A stretch of 64,000 nucleotides of DNA from Tubiluchus corallicola (GCA_030141605.1 JAQGDQ010001001.1:7212-71211); one strand, 5' to 3'; positions 1 through 23,326 are shown, counted from the stretch's first letter. Notes: generated from the sequence alone by a model not told the origin. Numbers and translations are program-made.

Positions 1-530
1 TAACCTATTTGTATCGTGCAAGTCGTGATATTATTTTCTCATTTATTCTATGGTTGACTTACTGATCACACTATACGAACCGGTAGCGTAAATCAGAAAC
101 TCTGATGATATTTTTAATTAATTTGTAATAATAAGCCCCTACATAATGCTTTAACTGTAATTATATTGGAAACTAACTCGTGTTTTCATAAGCGTTGTCC
201 ACGTGTAAGAAACGTGAACTCTATAAAACAGTTTCTGTGATGTGTACAAACATTGCGATGTGCACAATGCCCCAGCTAACGGGGTGAGTTACAGTTCATG
301 TTGGGTGAAAAGAGCAAAACTCCCTGTTCCCAGCCGACCACCAAGTGACCGCAGTCTGCTCTTATAGCAGACCAATTTTTGGTGCGAATACATAAAAAGC
401 AATGCCTAGGAGTGAAGTTTCCGTTAACCGGTTGCACTGGACGAAGTTCCCCCAGTAAAATACAGAAAACCCAAGTGTAACCGCTTTAATACTGCAACAT
501 AATGCTGCGTGTTTATACATATACGCACAA

Positions 531-562
<32 letters not shown>

Positions 563-3051
563 GCTAGACTTGCATAAATTTAATATGAGACGTCGCACGG
601 AGCAGACAGACAGTGAGTTATATGTAGATGTATAACGCCAAACCGTAGCATGCCTTGTAAACAGGATTACGCAACTAGGTAAATGCGATTTTTCGGTGAG
701 GGCTGTCACCTCTGAAACAAAGCCTATTTTAATTAAAGTCATTAAAATGAGGTAATCATACATGTGGCCTGGCAGCTGCAGCACTAGTAGCCACTCCGTT
801 ATCACGTGCTAGTCACGGATTCTGCGGACATCTTATTGTGGTCAGTCAGCTGCTCGCCGGTCACGTGATCACAATACATAAATCTGTTGCTAAGGAGAAC
901 CAAGCTACATTGACCACAGAGCTGGGCCTGAATATTGCAAAAATAGAGGGGTGCACGACGCGAATAAAATCAAATAATTCTGATTAACACTTGAACAGAA
1001 GAAAGCATCCAGAAATTATCTTTTTCAGCAAGTGCAAAATGCCGCACAATTCAGTTAAAACACTGATGGCAGAAACCAAGTGTAATCTAGCTGAATTAAA
1101 TTCATCCGTTGGCCCGTTTAATTAAATGTGTAGAAGTGCCCAAATTTACTTGGACACAACACAAAGCTACCGTAACGGATGCGCTATAAATTGCCCAACA
1201 GACGGTACATAATCCTCAGAAAGTGTTAACACTGAATGCCTGTCTATCTGGTAGCACAAAATAATTACTGATACCGTTACTCTCCTAGCTGCTAGATAGT
1301 AGTCAAAGAATTTTTCTCACCTGGACAACCAGAAACTCTAGTCTATTTCATTGTTGGTAAGTTATATTTATACATTATTATAGCCGTCGCTATTTATATA
1401 AGGAAAATATAATATTTTTAAAGAAAATAAATATAATTGATTTTGTAATGTACGTGCACTTTTATTAAATTTTTCAGATTAAATATAAGTTTTTAAATAT
1501 TTTAATGCAATAAATTTTAAATTATATTATATAGTTCGACAGTGAATTACGCTGAACACTATTTTCGCCTATTAGCCATGATCAGCTGACTACTTCTTAC
1601 CCATAATTAAGAATTTAATTATGATTTAGATTTTGCTATGACAAAAGTTTAGGCCTTTAAAATTTGTTCTTTTTGTGCTTGTTCACTTCGCGGTTATTCT
1701 CATGTACAATTGCCGTTCGGAAACCTTTTAACCTCACTAGGAAGTTGTTTTCAACGAAAGATACCTTTATCGACCTAACCTAGAAACCCTTGATTAGATG
1801 GGGCTGTAGTAAATACAAGCGTATTTGATCAAGGTGTCCAGGCACAGACATGACAAACTGTTGATGACGTTTCATGCAAAAGTGCATTGGTAGGTTATGC
1901 CAACTCTGCCAAAGAAAAATCAGTTTACTTTTTATTACGTCACATAAAATTATCCCGTCTTGAAGGTGGGCGCTTTTGAATTTTCGCCAAAAGTTTAAGG
2001 TAGAAAGCTGTTGAGCAACTCAAATTCGCGGGAACATTAATTAATTGTATCAGAATGTCTAGACGCATGATGGAAAAATCCTTTCCGTAATTCACCCGTT
2101 GAACCTAGACATGCGGGGTGGGAAATTCTCATGCCTGCGACTTCCGGGCGAGGGTTTTTGCACTGCACGTTTTTTTTTCGGTGGGTCAGCGCATTGGCAG
2201 CCATATAAAACAGCATTGGTTTTATCACAGCCGCCGAATGCGAAGCAAAAAATTATACTTACCAAGCTGAAAAGTCGTATTCAAAAACTTGGACCTTTGG
2301 AGGATATAATCATCTGTAGCGGTAATGTCACGTTTTAACATTAAAGCCAGTCAAAAAGTTCTGTTTATTTTCTTTTTTAAAACTTACTACTATGTTGTGA
2401 AGGCCTCCGTTAAATAAAAGAAGCTGATGTTCATTTGTACAACTCTTTTGTTGAAATACCGAATTGAATCAATAGTACCGTGGGCCTTACAACCCACAAT
2501 ATTATGTGCAAAAGAAAAGCGGAAAAAATGGAACAAAAAATTTGTCTTATCATAATCATGCAAAAATAATACTGTAAAACAAAACTAAAAAACTAATATC
2601 TGTATCAGACGTAGCTATACAGTAAACCCATTTTAAATAAATAAAGTTTAAACTAAACTAAACTAAAACCGGTTTATTCCAGCTGAACGTAAGGTTATAA
2701 AAAAACGTTAAATGTAGCCTAACCACTTTCCCGGGGCCAGAACTGCTGGTTAATTGCTTACTTGTACTGCCTACAAACAAAATAATCATTGTGAAAAAAT
2801 TATATGCAACTCGTTTTTGCTCATTTTTCTAGCAGTGGAATAAGCCGATTCGTATTTCTATTCGTACATATACGACAGGCTATGATAAGAATTTAGTGAT
2901 GGCTTATTTACATAAACTTGTTGATTGGGGGTCGCTCGTCGGCCATCCCTCAGTAGCAAGGGCATTTAGAACCTGGACATCTCGTGAGTGACTGCGCATA
3001 AACATAAATAAGTAATGAGCAGCTGATTCGCTGGGGCACGAGACAGGCTTC

Positions 3052-3088
3052 TATATAAACCGACTTTGAACTCTTGCGCACTTCACTT
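3052..3088 (+). promoter_or_regulatory. Putative TATA box plus initiator for the G6Pase gene
   Basis: TATATAAA at 3052-3059 and Inr-like TCACTT at 3083-3088 (about 30 bp spacing), about 165 nt upstream of the ATG at 3250. Confidence 0.4.
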
Positions 3089-3249
3089 TTCGTTGACACT
3101 TGTTGCATCACGGCATATTTCATCATCCGCATGAAATACACTGTAATAGATTTAAATACACGCGTTTGTTTATAGACATTTATAGAACACCGAGTAGAAG
3201 AGCTGCTCAGGAAAGCTTTAAGAGAAGCTGATAACAAAACGCTTGCAAA

Positions 3250-6200
3250 ATGATGGATTTTCTCCACCTCGGCGGTCTTCATCTTATTGAGACCTTGCAG
3301 ACGGCATTTAAGGGCAATGAGCACCACATGTTCATTTGGTCAAAAATAGGGGATCCAGCCAACGCTTTTGTGCTGTACTTTCCCATTCTATTCTGCATCA
3401 GTGCCAAATGGGGAATTAAACTGATGTGGATCACGGCTATAGCGGAATGGCTCAACCTGTGTCTTAAATGGTAAGTCATTTTAAACATTTTATTTTTATA
3501 TTTACAGATACTATTGTTCTTAGTTTAGAAATTTCCCTAAAGTTTTTTAAATGGGTGAATACAAATTGCATAAGTTAAATGAATACTGCAGTGTAAGCAA
3601 AAAAGAATTGAAACATTCAAATTTACCTTTTTTCAAATGAAATGCAAGTAAAAAACGACAAGTAAAATATTCACATTGTCACCAAATGTACAATAGTCTG
3701 CCGCCTGGTGGATTTGTTATACTTATGTATAATTTGTGGATTGTCTTTTCTTTATTGTTCAAAAACTTGTTTTATGTAACATAATATCATGTAATTGTTT
3801 AACCAGGGTGTTGTATGGAGAGAGACCTTACTGGTACGCAATGGAAGCTAGTCACGTTGCACCTAATATGACTCCAGTTATAGAGCAGTTCCATATCACG
3901 TGTGAAACAGGACCAGGTAAGTTTTACCTATAACTCTTATTTAATTAGGCACTAACATGTCGCGGCTTTTTGAATATGAAATTAATAAAAAAACTCTATA
4001 AACACTTTCGGGGGAAGAAAAGATGGGACCTGCTTCTAAAGTCTTTTATATGCAATGGTGTAAACTGCAAACGTTTAAACTGATTACGCCAAATTGATAA
4101 TTGGTTTTTACATTAGCAAAACAGACAATGCATATTTGTATCTTGACGCATTAGACTACAAGTTATTTCAGAGACCACTGGAATATCTTTACTTCTACAT
4201 ACCAGCACAGTGATTTTGCACAAAGCTTTCTTGGTCATTTAATACAGTTTAGAAACCTTTGGAAATGTTACCAAGCAAGTTGTACTATTCTAAATTTCTG
4301 TTTTTTGTAGTTAGGCCTACTTAGCTAGTAGTGTAAGTATTTACTTCTTGACGCAATTTGAGAAATTTGATTGAGAAAAACAAAATTTAAGAACGCAATT
4401 TGTTGCAAAAACGCGTGTGGCCAGGCAGTACAGTCAATTCTATAAAATCAGCTGTGAGAAAATACGTGGTAATGTGTGTCGTAACGTACTCATAACTGAA
4501 AAGATCAACCCATAACAAAGAAACATTTTTCTATAAAGGCCACGAGCTGTTTAAGCTTTGTCAACTAAACGTAGAGCTACTGCGTGTAACAAAAAAAGAT
4601 AGCAACAGCACTATCACCTAAAATGAACTTGCTGACTCACAGTATCTGCTTATCAGAAAGTAAATACTGTTTACAAACGCTAACATGATGATATCTAGCT
4701 GTTACCTATGCCATGTGTATCTAAGTCTGGATGTCTTTGTCCTTGCTTATTAATCAGTACTGGAACAAGCCACAAAACTTGCAAGATAGTGTTTTTAAAG
4801 CAATTACGCAATATGCAAAGTAGATAAACTACAAGCAGCGAATTTAGAAAGTTTCAGATCAGATGATAATAACGTCAATATAAACTGTTACAAAACTTTC
4901 ACAAAAACAAAATTCAGTGTAATAGTGACTATTGATTATTATATAGCTGAATGCAAACTATTGTTCTGTTTCAGGTAGTCCTTCAGGCCATGCAATGGTA
5001 ACCGGGCCAGTATGGTTTATTCTTGTATCAGCTGTTCTGTATAAACTGAAACAATACTTCTGGCAAGATAAGTAAGTATGAATGAAATTCAACATGATTT
5101 GTTAAACGCGTTGAAGTTTTATAATGTGCAGACAAATCATAAAAACTAAGCAAAAATCAATGTGGTATATTGACTTGATTTAATCCTTTGCATTACGCCC
5201 AAAAAATAGTAAAAGTTTATGAAAAGCAACAAATTTCTTAAAAAAATCTTTCCTAGTTGATTAGAGAAAATTTGAAAAATGCACAATATCCTAATTGTGT
5301 GACATTATTTTTGGAAATGGCCAAATCATGTAACTTAATTTATTTTTGCCATTACAGAGACAAGCACCCAAAATCCTTACTTATCTTCATATGGTCAGCA
5401 TTTTCAATTCTACTAATCTTGGTTTGCGTGTCAAGACTTCACATAGCTGCACATTTCCCTCATCAAGTATTAGCTGGCACAATTTGTGGTAAGTAAAGAC
5501 TGTATTTACATCACATTTGTACAACAGTTATGTCAGCAAACTGCTAAAAGTAGCCAAACAATAACAACGTTGAAATAAAATGAAAAATAAACATGTATCT
5601 AATGTTGCAAAATGTTATTTATGAAATATTTTTAAGAAATCCTCATATTTATCAAAACTAAGAAAAAAACTCAAAACATAATGTACCCCGCAATGATCAT
5701 AAACAACGTACATGTTACAGGTAATGCACAAAATTTACACAGTTAATAAAATTCTTTGGCATTTCATACAACACCTATGCATTTCAAGAAAAGTGTCAAA
5801 TGTTTTTGCTGCATCACCTTCACACTTTACCCCGGGGTTTTTGAATAATAGCTAGGATCTGTATATAACGTGCAAAGTGGCTTTGGCAAAGCATAAAATC
5901 ATACTGTATTCATGTTCAACCTGACAATTCCTAGAATATTTACCTAGGAGGCATTATATAAAGTCTTACAAAACGACTTAGTCAATGTATTAAATTAAGG
6001 AAGCAACTCAAGTAAACTGGAAAGTTAATTGTTTATTGACAATGAATGCATTTCAGCACTTCTGACATACTGCTCAATCAGGTAGACCATCCTAGGTATT
6101 TAGGAAGCTTGCTCTCCAACAAATGCACTTTTTGAAAAAGATATGGAGAGTCGAATTGGAGTGCTCATGTGACTTTTGGGAAACTTGCAAAACAAGTATT

Positions 6201-7200
6201 TAATAGCAAAGTTCTAAACACAAAATGAAACTCATGATCTATCAAGCTATCTTTATCTTACTTTGCTCTATGCCTGCCAAATTTGGACCCTCTGTATTGT
6301 TTTAATATCAAAAAATTTGAACGTATGCACTATCCATAAAGTAACTGGCATTTTATAAAATGCACAGGGAAATAATATAAGAAAAGTTGACCAATTATTT
6401 TATTATTACATTACTTAAAATTACATGGTATTCTATAAATGCCTAGGAAAAGCACACTGTTTATCAAAAATGTAAGAATTAAATGCTTTACCTAAACATA
6501 CTTTTGCATTATATGTAATGCCTAGAAAAGTGCAGAGGAAATTATTTTAGACACTTTACATGGTTTATTTTGGCACTATACACAATGATATATATATATA
6601 TATTCCACATAATACCTGATTTTACTTTGTTTGTAACATATAAATTATATAAAAATCCATTCTTTCATTTCAGGTTTGATTCTGGCTGCCGGATTCTCAA
6701 AATTATCACTGTGTGATATCAAACTTCGAACCTATATTCTTCTCACTATACTCCTGCTGATTGGAGGCTATGTCACTTACTTATCACTAATCTACATGGG
6801 ACTTGATCCACACTGGTCAGTCAAAAAGGCTCTCAAATGGTGCATGAAGACAGACTGGGTACATATGAATACAGTGCCGTTCCACACGTTAGCCAGACTT
6901 AGTGGAGCTTTTCTGGGACTAGGTCTTGGTCTCCGTGCAACAAGATATCTCAGCCCTATCCGCACCAAACATCCCATCGAAGTTAAACTACTGTCAGCAA
7001 TTCTCTCAGTTATGCTGTACAACTATGTGGAAGCAATCAAACTGCCTCTCGATCCTCTGGAACTCTTTTATGTCTTAGCATTTGTGAAAAATGTGGCACT
7101 GCCTTTTGTTGTTGTAGCAATCATTCCTAGCATATCCTGTTCTCTTATTAAAAAATTTCACCATATGCCATATATAAAGTTAAAAATGAAGAAAGCGTAG
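3250..7200 (+). CDS. G6PC: Glucose-6-phosphatase catalytic subunit (G6PC family, PAP2 fold), 5 exons, about 361 aa
   Basis: Exons 3250-3470, 3807-3916, 4975-5071, 5358-5488, 6674-7200, all GT-AG and in frame (1086 nt). Motifs EWLNLCLKW-VLYGERPYW, TCETGPGSPSGHAM, SRLHIAAHFPHQV; C-terminal KMKKA fits a dilysine-type ER retrieval signal. Paralogue number not assignable. Confidence 0.95.
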
Positions 7201-8615
7201 AAAAAATACTTCCGTGTTATAAAGTTAATCTAAAAATTAAATTGTGTTCATGAAAGTAAGAATAGGCTGCGAATGTATACGATGTGGGTACATAGCACAA
7301 ATGTAATACTATTATAGATGCCTGTTTACCAGAAGTGGAAAAGTAAGTGTCATAGAGATGACTTGGTAAAAAATAGTGTTACTAGCAAAAACAGTGCTAT
7401 ACCACAATAAGTCACACTAGCTAGTATGTAAGACTAGAAAATACAACTAGTCATACATTTATTTAATATATTGCATAACCACTATTTAAACTAACAATAA
7501 CTAATGATATAAATTTTAAATTTCCACTTAGGCATAAAAACGTGTATATATTATTTAAAATTTATTTTAGTCACTTTAGTAATATTAATCATTTTTGACT
7601 GATTATTCTTGCACTAAAGCCATGACTAAATAATAAGCATCTTGCTATTTAATTTGTATGGAAAATATTTCATATGCTTCATCATTTTGTGAATACGGCC
7701 TTTTTAGTCTTAGCAACTTTGTATCTATTATATTTAACTGTATTATGTGTATGTGTAACATAAAATATACTCTTTCCACATAATTCTGCTGTTTGTTTTT
7801 TAATTTCAATGTAGAGAAGCAAATACTTCTGACAAAAAAAACTACCAAAGAACTCAAAAAACTATCAGAAATTTATAAAAATAAAGTTTGAATGGCTCTG
7901 GCAATCAATTAATCTGAAATATCCATGGTGGCAAAATTGAAATACAGATCGAGATTGCTAGTCGAGTATACTACGCTATCATAAATGTACCTATGCAAGC
8001 GCATCTGTGAATGTGATACGGATTACTATCCTGGTGAACAATGCAATTTCTTTTATTAAACGAGACCAACAATGCAGTTGCTAATTGATTCATAACATTG
8101 CATGCAAATAATTTTTGTCAATTTTGTTGGCGGAAGTACCACTGTTACTAAGATGTTGATATCAAGTATATAAGCCAAGTTCTTTCATTTTACATCAAAG
8201 TAATGTGCATTGGTTGGTTGGTATCAATTACCCACTTTCTTCAGCAGCTAGGTTTCATTTATTCCTGGTAAATTTGGAGAAATGATGGACAAGTGAAAAT
8301 GGAATTTTCTACTTTTCAATCATTAAGTACCTACATTTTTAAAATAAAAACAAACCTTCAAAACCAAAATATGCGTGCCGGTTAAGGTCACTGTATAAGT
8401 GGTACAAGTATGAATTTATTGGCAAGAAATGAAAAAATAATTTTTTGCTTTAATTAAATGGCATTAATTAAGTATAAAGTCCTTTGACAAGCAAAGACAG
8501 AAAAAGATTAACAAATCTATTTCCTTTCATTATGAATTTATTTTCAATGATTAACGCCAAGTGTCCAATGACGGCAGTTAAATCATGTTAATCCAACAAA
8601 TGTTTCCATACGGTT

Positions 8616-17475
<8,860 letters not shown>

Positions 17476-18403
17476 CACGGCAGTGTAAGGATGTCCAACT
17501 AAGGTTTAAAGACTGGAAAAAATTTGAAAACATAAATGTCAATATTATTTACCCATCTAAATTAACAAAACTACATATAACGCACACTACTGTAGCTATA
17601 GATAAGTACTACATATAACTATATATAAAAACCGCTTGCAACAAAATATCTATGGTACTATAGATTTCGCTTTTTTTCCGTTTAAAGTGATTTTACAATT
17701 GCTATTTGTACTTCAACATGACTAAAATAATTGCATTCACTGCTGCTCAGTCTCATTCGCAACATTTAATTACAGACTAACACTCTGGGAAAATCTTGTG
17801 GTGTATAGGTCGACCGCTGGCAGAACATTTGAGATTAAAAAACTGCTTCCAGCAAAATTGCTTCAACCTTTTTCTTAAAAGTATACAGGATTCTGTCACA
17901 GAAGATTGCTCTTAGTGCAGCCATTGTTTCATAGACAGTGCAGGCACTGACTCACAGCACAGACAATAAAACAAAACTAGTGAAAAATCTGCAGCTCAAT
18001 ATATATATAAAGTACTTTCGCTACATCTGAAGCCAATTAATTAGGTGTATATACAAGATAAAAAATGAAAGCAAGGCAGTTATGCTACCCCTGAACATGG
18101 GGCATGGGACACATGAAGATGCATTTTTATGCAGCTACAGGATACATGTGTGCCTCAAGGTGTGCTTGCAATTTGCAAAGCTTGCTAAATTCGTACACTA
18201 TTAAAATGCATATAATGCAGGGTTAACATGTAACGATGGTAATGGGTTAATTACTGCATTCAGATCATCTGCATTTACGCTTTTGGAGATACAACATTCT
18301 TTAGAAATTGTTGGTGACATACTTTTATGGCAGCATGAAACACACAAGGCAGTCTACTCGAAATAAAATGAAACATTTTAACATTTTAAGGCATGGGAGA
18401 GAG

Positions 18404-18451
18404 AGGGAAGAGAGGGCGAGAGAGTGACAGAGTAAAAGGGAGAGTAGAAAG

Positions 18452-18488
<37 letters not shown>

Positions 18489-18550
18489 AAAGAAAAAAGT
18501 CACAGAAAGGGTAAGGTGAGAGAAAGATAGGAAGATAAAGAAAGAGATAG
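18404..18550. repeat. Purine-rich region with (GA)n microsatellite
   Basis: Direct observation of a (GA)n run at about 18455-18484 inside a GA-rich tract. Confidence 0.85.
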
Positions 18551-19183
18551 GATGAAAACGCTTCTGCAAAGTCTTCTGGATGACCTTTCTGAGTGTTAAA
18601 CTTTCAAAAACTTTCATAAAAAAAGGTTGGCTTCCTAAAGCATAGCTATCTTGAAGCCCTCAATCTCTCCTTAAAAAGGTTTAAAGACAGAATGGCAACT
18701 AACACACCAAGAATGCTTGACATCACACAGCTCACACTTTGCACGTTGTCTATAAAAATTGCTAGCACAATTTTAATTAATTTTCACAATTTTTTGCACA
18801 GATCACAAACATTATTTTACGTACGGTCACATAACTTGTAAGACTTAGTGACTAAAGGTGCTATTTCAAATTCCGTAACATTTACTAATGTATTAGTTAG
18901 ACACACTACGCAGAACTTTTTGCTTTCTGTTTCAAACCGACATTTTATATTATGGGCCTACTTTTACAGTGTAATACGCTTAGGTTACACCACCACGGCG
19001 CAAGAATGGTGCAAGGCCCAATAAAGCGAAAAGATCAACAAAAATAGGCAACCGGTATACTTATAAAACGATTACAAATCTTAACCACACATACATTATT
19101 AAGTTTTGATTAATAATCAACAACAACTTTTACTATAACGTATACGATAAGGTATTAAAATGTTAAGAAATCACACAACATAC

Positions 19184-19223
19184 CAATTTTCTCTCTTTCG
19201 AGCCAAAGCTACAACGTGAAAGG
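19184..19223 (-). promoter_or_regulatory. RPLP0: Putative non-coding exon 1 and TCT/5'TOP start of RPLP0
   Basis: Minus strand CCTTTCACGTTG...GAAAATTG|GTATGT: a pyrimidine-tract initiator followed by a donor; matching acceptor ttttccag| at 17513. A YY1-like GATGGC near 19235 and ETS-like TTCCGG/GGAAGT at 19287-19319 lie upstream. Confidence 0.65.
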
Positions 19224-20625
19224 TTAATCAAATAGATGGCACCAGTCATGCTACGCGAAATGCGCGCGCAACATGTACTGTTAGTGTTCCGGATGAAAGT
19301 TGCTGAAAACATAGGAAGTAAAAATTTTAATTCTTTTTTAACAAAATTTAATAATTAACTTCGCTTCAAATTAATAAATGGGTATTGAGAGTAACTGACA
19401 CGATCGCGTAATTGTAGTACCTTACAGGAATCAAGCGCCAAGTTTCCCGACGCATTGGCAAGAAGATGAAGCACCAAGTTTTAAGTTTAAGGTTGATGAC
19501 GACTGTCTTCCATTGTCTTTCATACAGTCTAAGTAAGGAATACCATTTGCTCGTTAGAGGACAAACGTGAGAGGCGTCCTATGAGCGTTTTTTTACTTGG
19601 CTGGTCCCCATCTACATAATAAATTTTAACCTGCATACCGCGCCACATTAATCTATGTCCGCAACGCATAATAGACCAGGTACCAAGAGGGTAGAACTTA
19701 GCTGGAAAGGTAAACGATCGCTCGACATGTTTAGACAGAGGTACTGGAAACAACTGAAGATATCTAAATATATATATACATAGATAGGTAGATATGTTTG
19801 TATTGTTTTTGGAAGCTTTTTTCGAAGACTTGAAGCAAAACCAGACCCAATCTTAAGCTGTAGTGTTGGCCAAAGCAACCTATTCTTTAAAATATTGATA
19901 GGAAACTTACTATTTTTTCGAAAGATTTACCTGAAAGAATTATTACTACACAAACGCAATTTCGTGTTCACGCCACTAGTTCCTCGCTGTTACGTGCATT
20001 TTGCTATTTGCTAGATAAACGGGCACTAGCACCTGCATTTCGAAAATGCTTTGCACAAAAAACAGGTGCTGTACATCTCAGTCCAGACGTGTTCGTTTTG
20101 TGACGAACTGCACGTGTTCTTCAGTTGACGCGTGAACACAGCAGTATATTGAATTTTTATCTTAAAACTTGCCTAGTTTTAGTACAACACACAGAATTTC
20201 TTACAGTAGTACAGTACATACATCAATTTTTGTTTTTGCAAACACGTGCAACACACTTGTGGAATATTTTTGGAGTTGAAAGTAATGTTCATCTGTGATG
20301 TGATCAGTAGTTAGGCTCACCCGCCGTTAATTAAGATTTTGATCTATTATTTAGTTATCAGAATTGCTTTTGCGGTATCAATTGTATTGAAATGTATACT
20401 CTTTATCGGGATAGAAAAAGGGCAGTATATGAAAAATCATCCTGTCTTCCTTTAATGTTGTTTCATGATTTCGTTTCAACCAGTAAAAGCTGGATTCGAA
20501 TACACATATATTTTTATATATTCTTTGATTCAAAGGCAAAACAAACATGATAGAAGTGTTTGTAATTGTCCACAAAGAACCATGACAATATTATTATTAT
20601 AAAAAAAATCGTATCAAACAGAAAT

Positions 20626-21421
20626 GTAGACTGCGCATTACTTGCGCCATCAGATCAAACATATGCTTTACAGAGCAACATATGGCCATAATATGGATAT
20701 ATGGTGCACAACCAATTCCCTAAGAGAGGTTGTGTCTTCCTTAGGCTCTGGATGGTTTATGAATGATGGATCACTAGTGGTCTAACACTATACCAGAAAT
20801 TTCTTATAATCTATTCACTAAAAGCAAAATGGTAACAACAAGAAAATGAAGACACCAAATTAGATTAATCATGGAGTGTACATGATGATGACGACGATGA
20901 GAAAGAGGATGACAAAGATGATATTGAAAATAATGAAAATGAAGAAGACAAATACTAACAAGCTGAGATGTAAATCCAGCCTAAAATAAGAGTTTCCTAT
21001 ATTTCAGGAGTGAGGTTCAGGGCCTCCTGGTAGAGACCCACCACCATAACTTTCTGGAAATATTTACTTTAGCCTGCTGACAAATTAAGACCAATTCCAA
21101 ATAGTAACTTTGTGGACTAATCTAGCTTAATATAAGACTGCCCCAAAGTTGGTTGTTTCTAGTAACTGTGCGAGCTCGTTTAGCATAAGATGGGGATTCC
21201 GTTTCCCCCTTCTGCTGGGGACCCGCCACCAATGAAATCGTTTGGCTCTCAAACCATTTGGACCAGCTTTTTCCAACTGCAGCTTATTAAAGCCCTTAAC
21301 ATTTAAAGGTGATGTAGCTCATTTTTAGGCGATGCCAAATGCCCCTCACCTATAAGCTGCCAGAAGCCTTAGAGGGAGACTCTGACTACTTTTAAAATGG
21401 GTAACCTTTCCAGCTAGACTA
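20626..21421 (+). mobile_element. Decayed DNA transposon 3' end, possibly Academ-like
   Basis: Frameshifted peptide LLAPSDQTYAL/RATY/AIIWIYGAQPIP/SSLGSGWFMNDGSLV followed by an acidic tail DDDDDEKEDDKDDIENNENEED, resembling the LPPT..RA.YQ..IW..GW motif of invertebrate transposon proteins. The segment ends in tgactact tttaaaatgg...CTAGACTA, like the terminus at 56285-56319. Confidence 0.4.
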
Positions 21422-23326
21422 CCCTCTGGGCTCCCAGACTAAAATATCAGCAATGGAGATTTAAAATCTGTGATAATCCACATTTTTTCAATTTAAATTA
21501 ATTTATTATGCAAAATAAATGTATATACATTTATATCAAAAAGCATGTAAAAGCAAATTTGTGATTCATCCAAAGTTAAGATTAAAAAATTTTGCAAAGT
21601 GCTGGAGACTTATGAAGCAGGCTGATATTAGGCCACCAGAATTAATAGTAAAAATTGTTTATTAATAACATTAACTGATAACAAAAAAAGGAAAAACTTA
21701 ATTGTTTTCATTTTATTGCTTGCTATTTTGTTCTTAGCTGTCTGAGAAATCTGCAAAAAAATCTGTGTGTAATCAGTAGTAGTAAATCTGTGCCATTCTT
21801 AAATAATTATCCATTTACAATCTGCAAAAGTCTGCTGACCTCCACAAAAAAATCTCGGGATTTTGACTCCACTCACTTTTGATAGACTACTGCACATAAT
21901 TTCAACATGGCAAAATGCACATCGCAAAATTCAACTTTTTTTCTAAACATATTTTTATTTAGTTATAACCTTTGGTATACAGTTATACCTAAACTGATTA
22001 AAAATACCTTACGCTGTATTGCAAAAGAAATAGAATAACAAAATATGGTGCATGGCTATAAGTCTTAGTAATGTTTAAATAAATATTGATGTTAAATTAG
22101 TAATTCAACTTTTTTTAGACAATAAACCAATAAGAACGCAAATTCTAATCAAAATTTACAACTCTAGTTGGCCGCGATCTGCTTCTTCAGGACTGCACCA
22201 TTCAAAATAGGTCTTATGAGACCTATGACTTTTCTGCTACTGTATGAGCACAGACATAACTCAATGATCACAAATTAGGTACCGTTCTATTCAGTAAAAT
22301 CTCTGCTCTCCCATCATTATGTTTGTTTAAACATTTGTAAGTGATTTAATTGGATAACATTAAAAAACGACGTTTCTAGGACTCCAACTAGGCCTACTGT
22401 GTAGCTTAGTCTGGTGTACACTTGTGTGATTGTACACACTATTTGCTTGCTACAGCCCAAGAGAACCTTCTAGTGTACAGATTTCCAGGAAAAGCCAACT
22501 GATCAACCCAGGAGAAATTTAGGTCATTTCGTCTTTTAACTGGAGTTTCTTAAAAATAGAGTAGACTTGAGGCCAAAGTGTATCAGAGTGTTGTGTCTGG
22601 ATAATTAAAATTTTCTGCATTAGCCATTTTCACACAAGATGCTGTATGTTATCGTGGTACAAGGTCTGCAGTTACTAAAAGGTTTTTTCAGTTTTTTGTC
22701 AAAATTCGATTTTTAATTTGCTTAACAAAAGCAAATGCATTTCATATATAATTTTCCATGGAAGGTCATTGTGTGAGGAGTAGGTATCTACAAAAATTAT
22801 CAGACAGAATGTAATCTCTGCTTAGTGAGAGCAGTTTTTCATGAACCCGTGCAAAATGCAGCAAACGCTTATGATCGTGAAGGAGTTAAACTGATTTATG
22901 AAGACTACTTTGCATTTTTCTTACCGAACCTGAATCGGATTCGAGCAGTTAACCGTCTCGGATTCGAATCAAAGCTCTTATTCGGATTTGGAATCAGATA
23001 TTCCAGTATAGCGAAGCTTCATCCCATTCCTAGGCAATGGTTAATACTGACATAAGCAACATTAGTATTAGTTAATGAATGTCTTTCATGTAGTTTGGTT
23101 CCTTGTTCAAAACAAGAATAGCTTTGCAGTTTTTTTAATGAGTTGACACCTTTGCATTGCTTTATAGTAGGCTAGCTAGCAGGAGATAATTTGTAAGAGT
23201 TTGCATATTTATTTGTATCAAGCATAATCTATCGACCTTAATTATTCAAAGAGTTTAAAAGGACTCATTGTTTATTTGTACAAATGTAAATATTCTGTTA
23301 ATTAAATTGGTCAGGTTTCATGTGAT

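Noticed and set aside
362-805. 147-aa minus-strand ORF
   Set aside because: Non-ATG start, crosses a (TA)n microsatellite (YIYIYI), and has no recognisable domain.
2950-3488. Minus-strand ORFs overlapping G6Pase exon 1
   Set aside because: Antisense shadows of the real exon and leader, with no independent coding signal.
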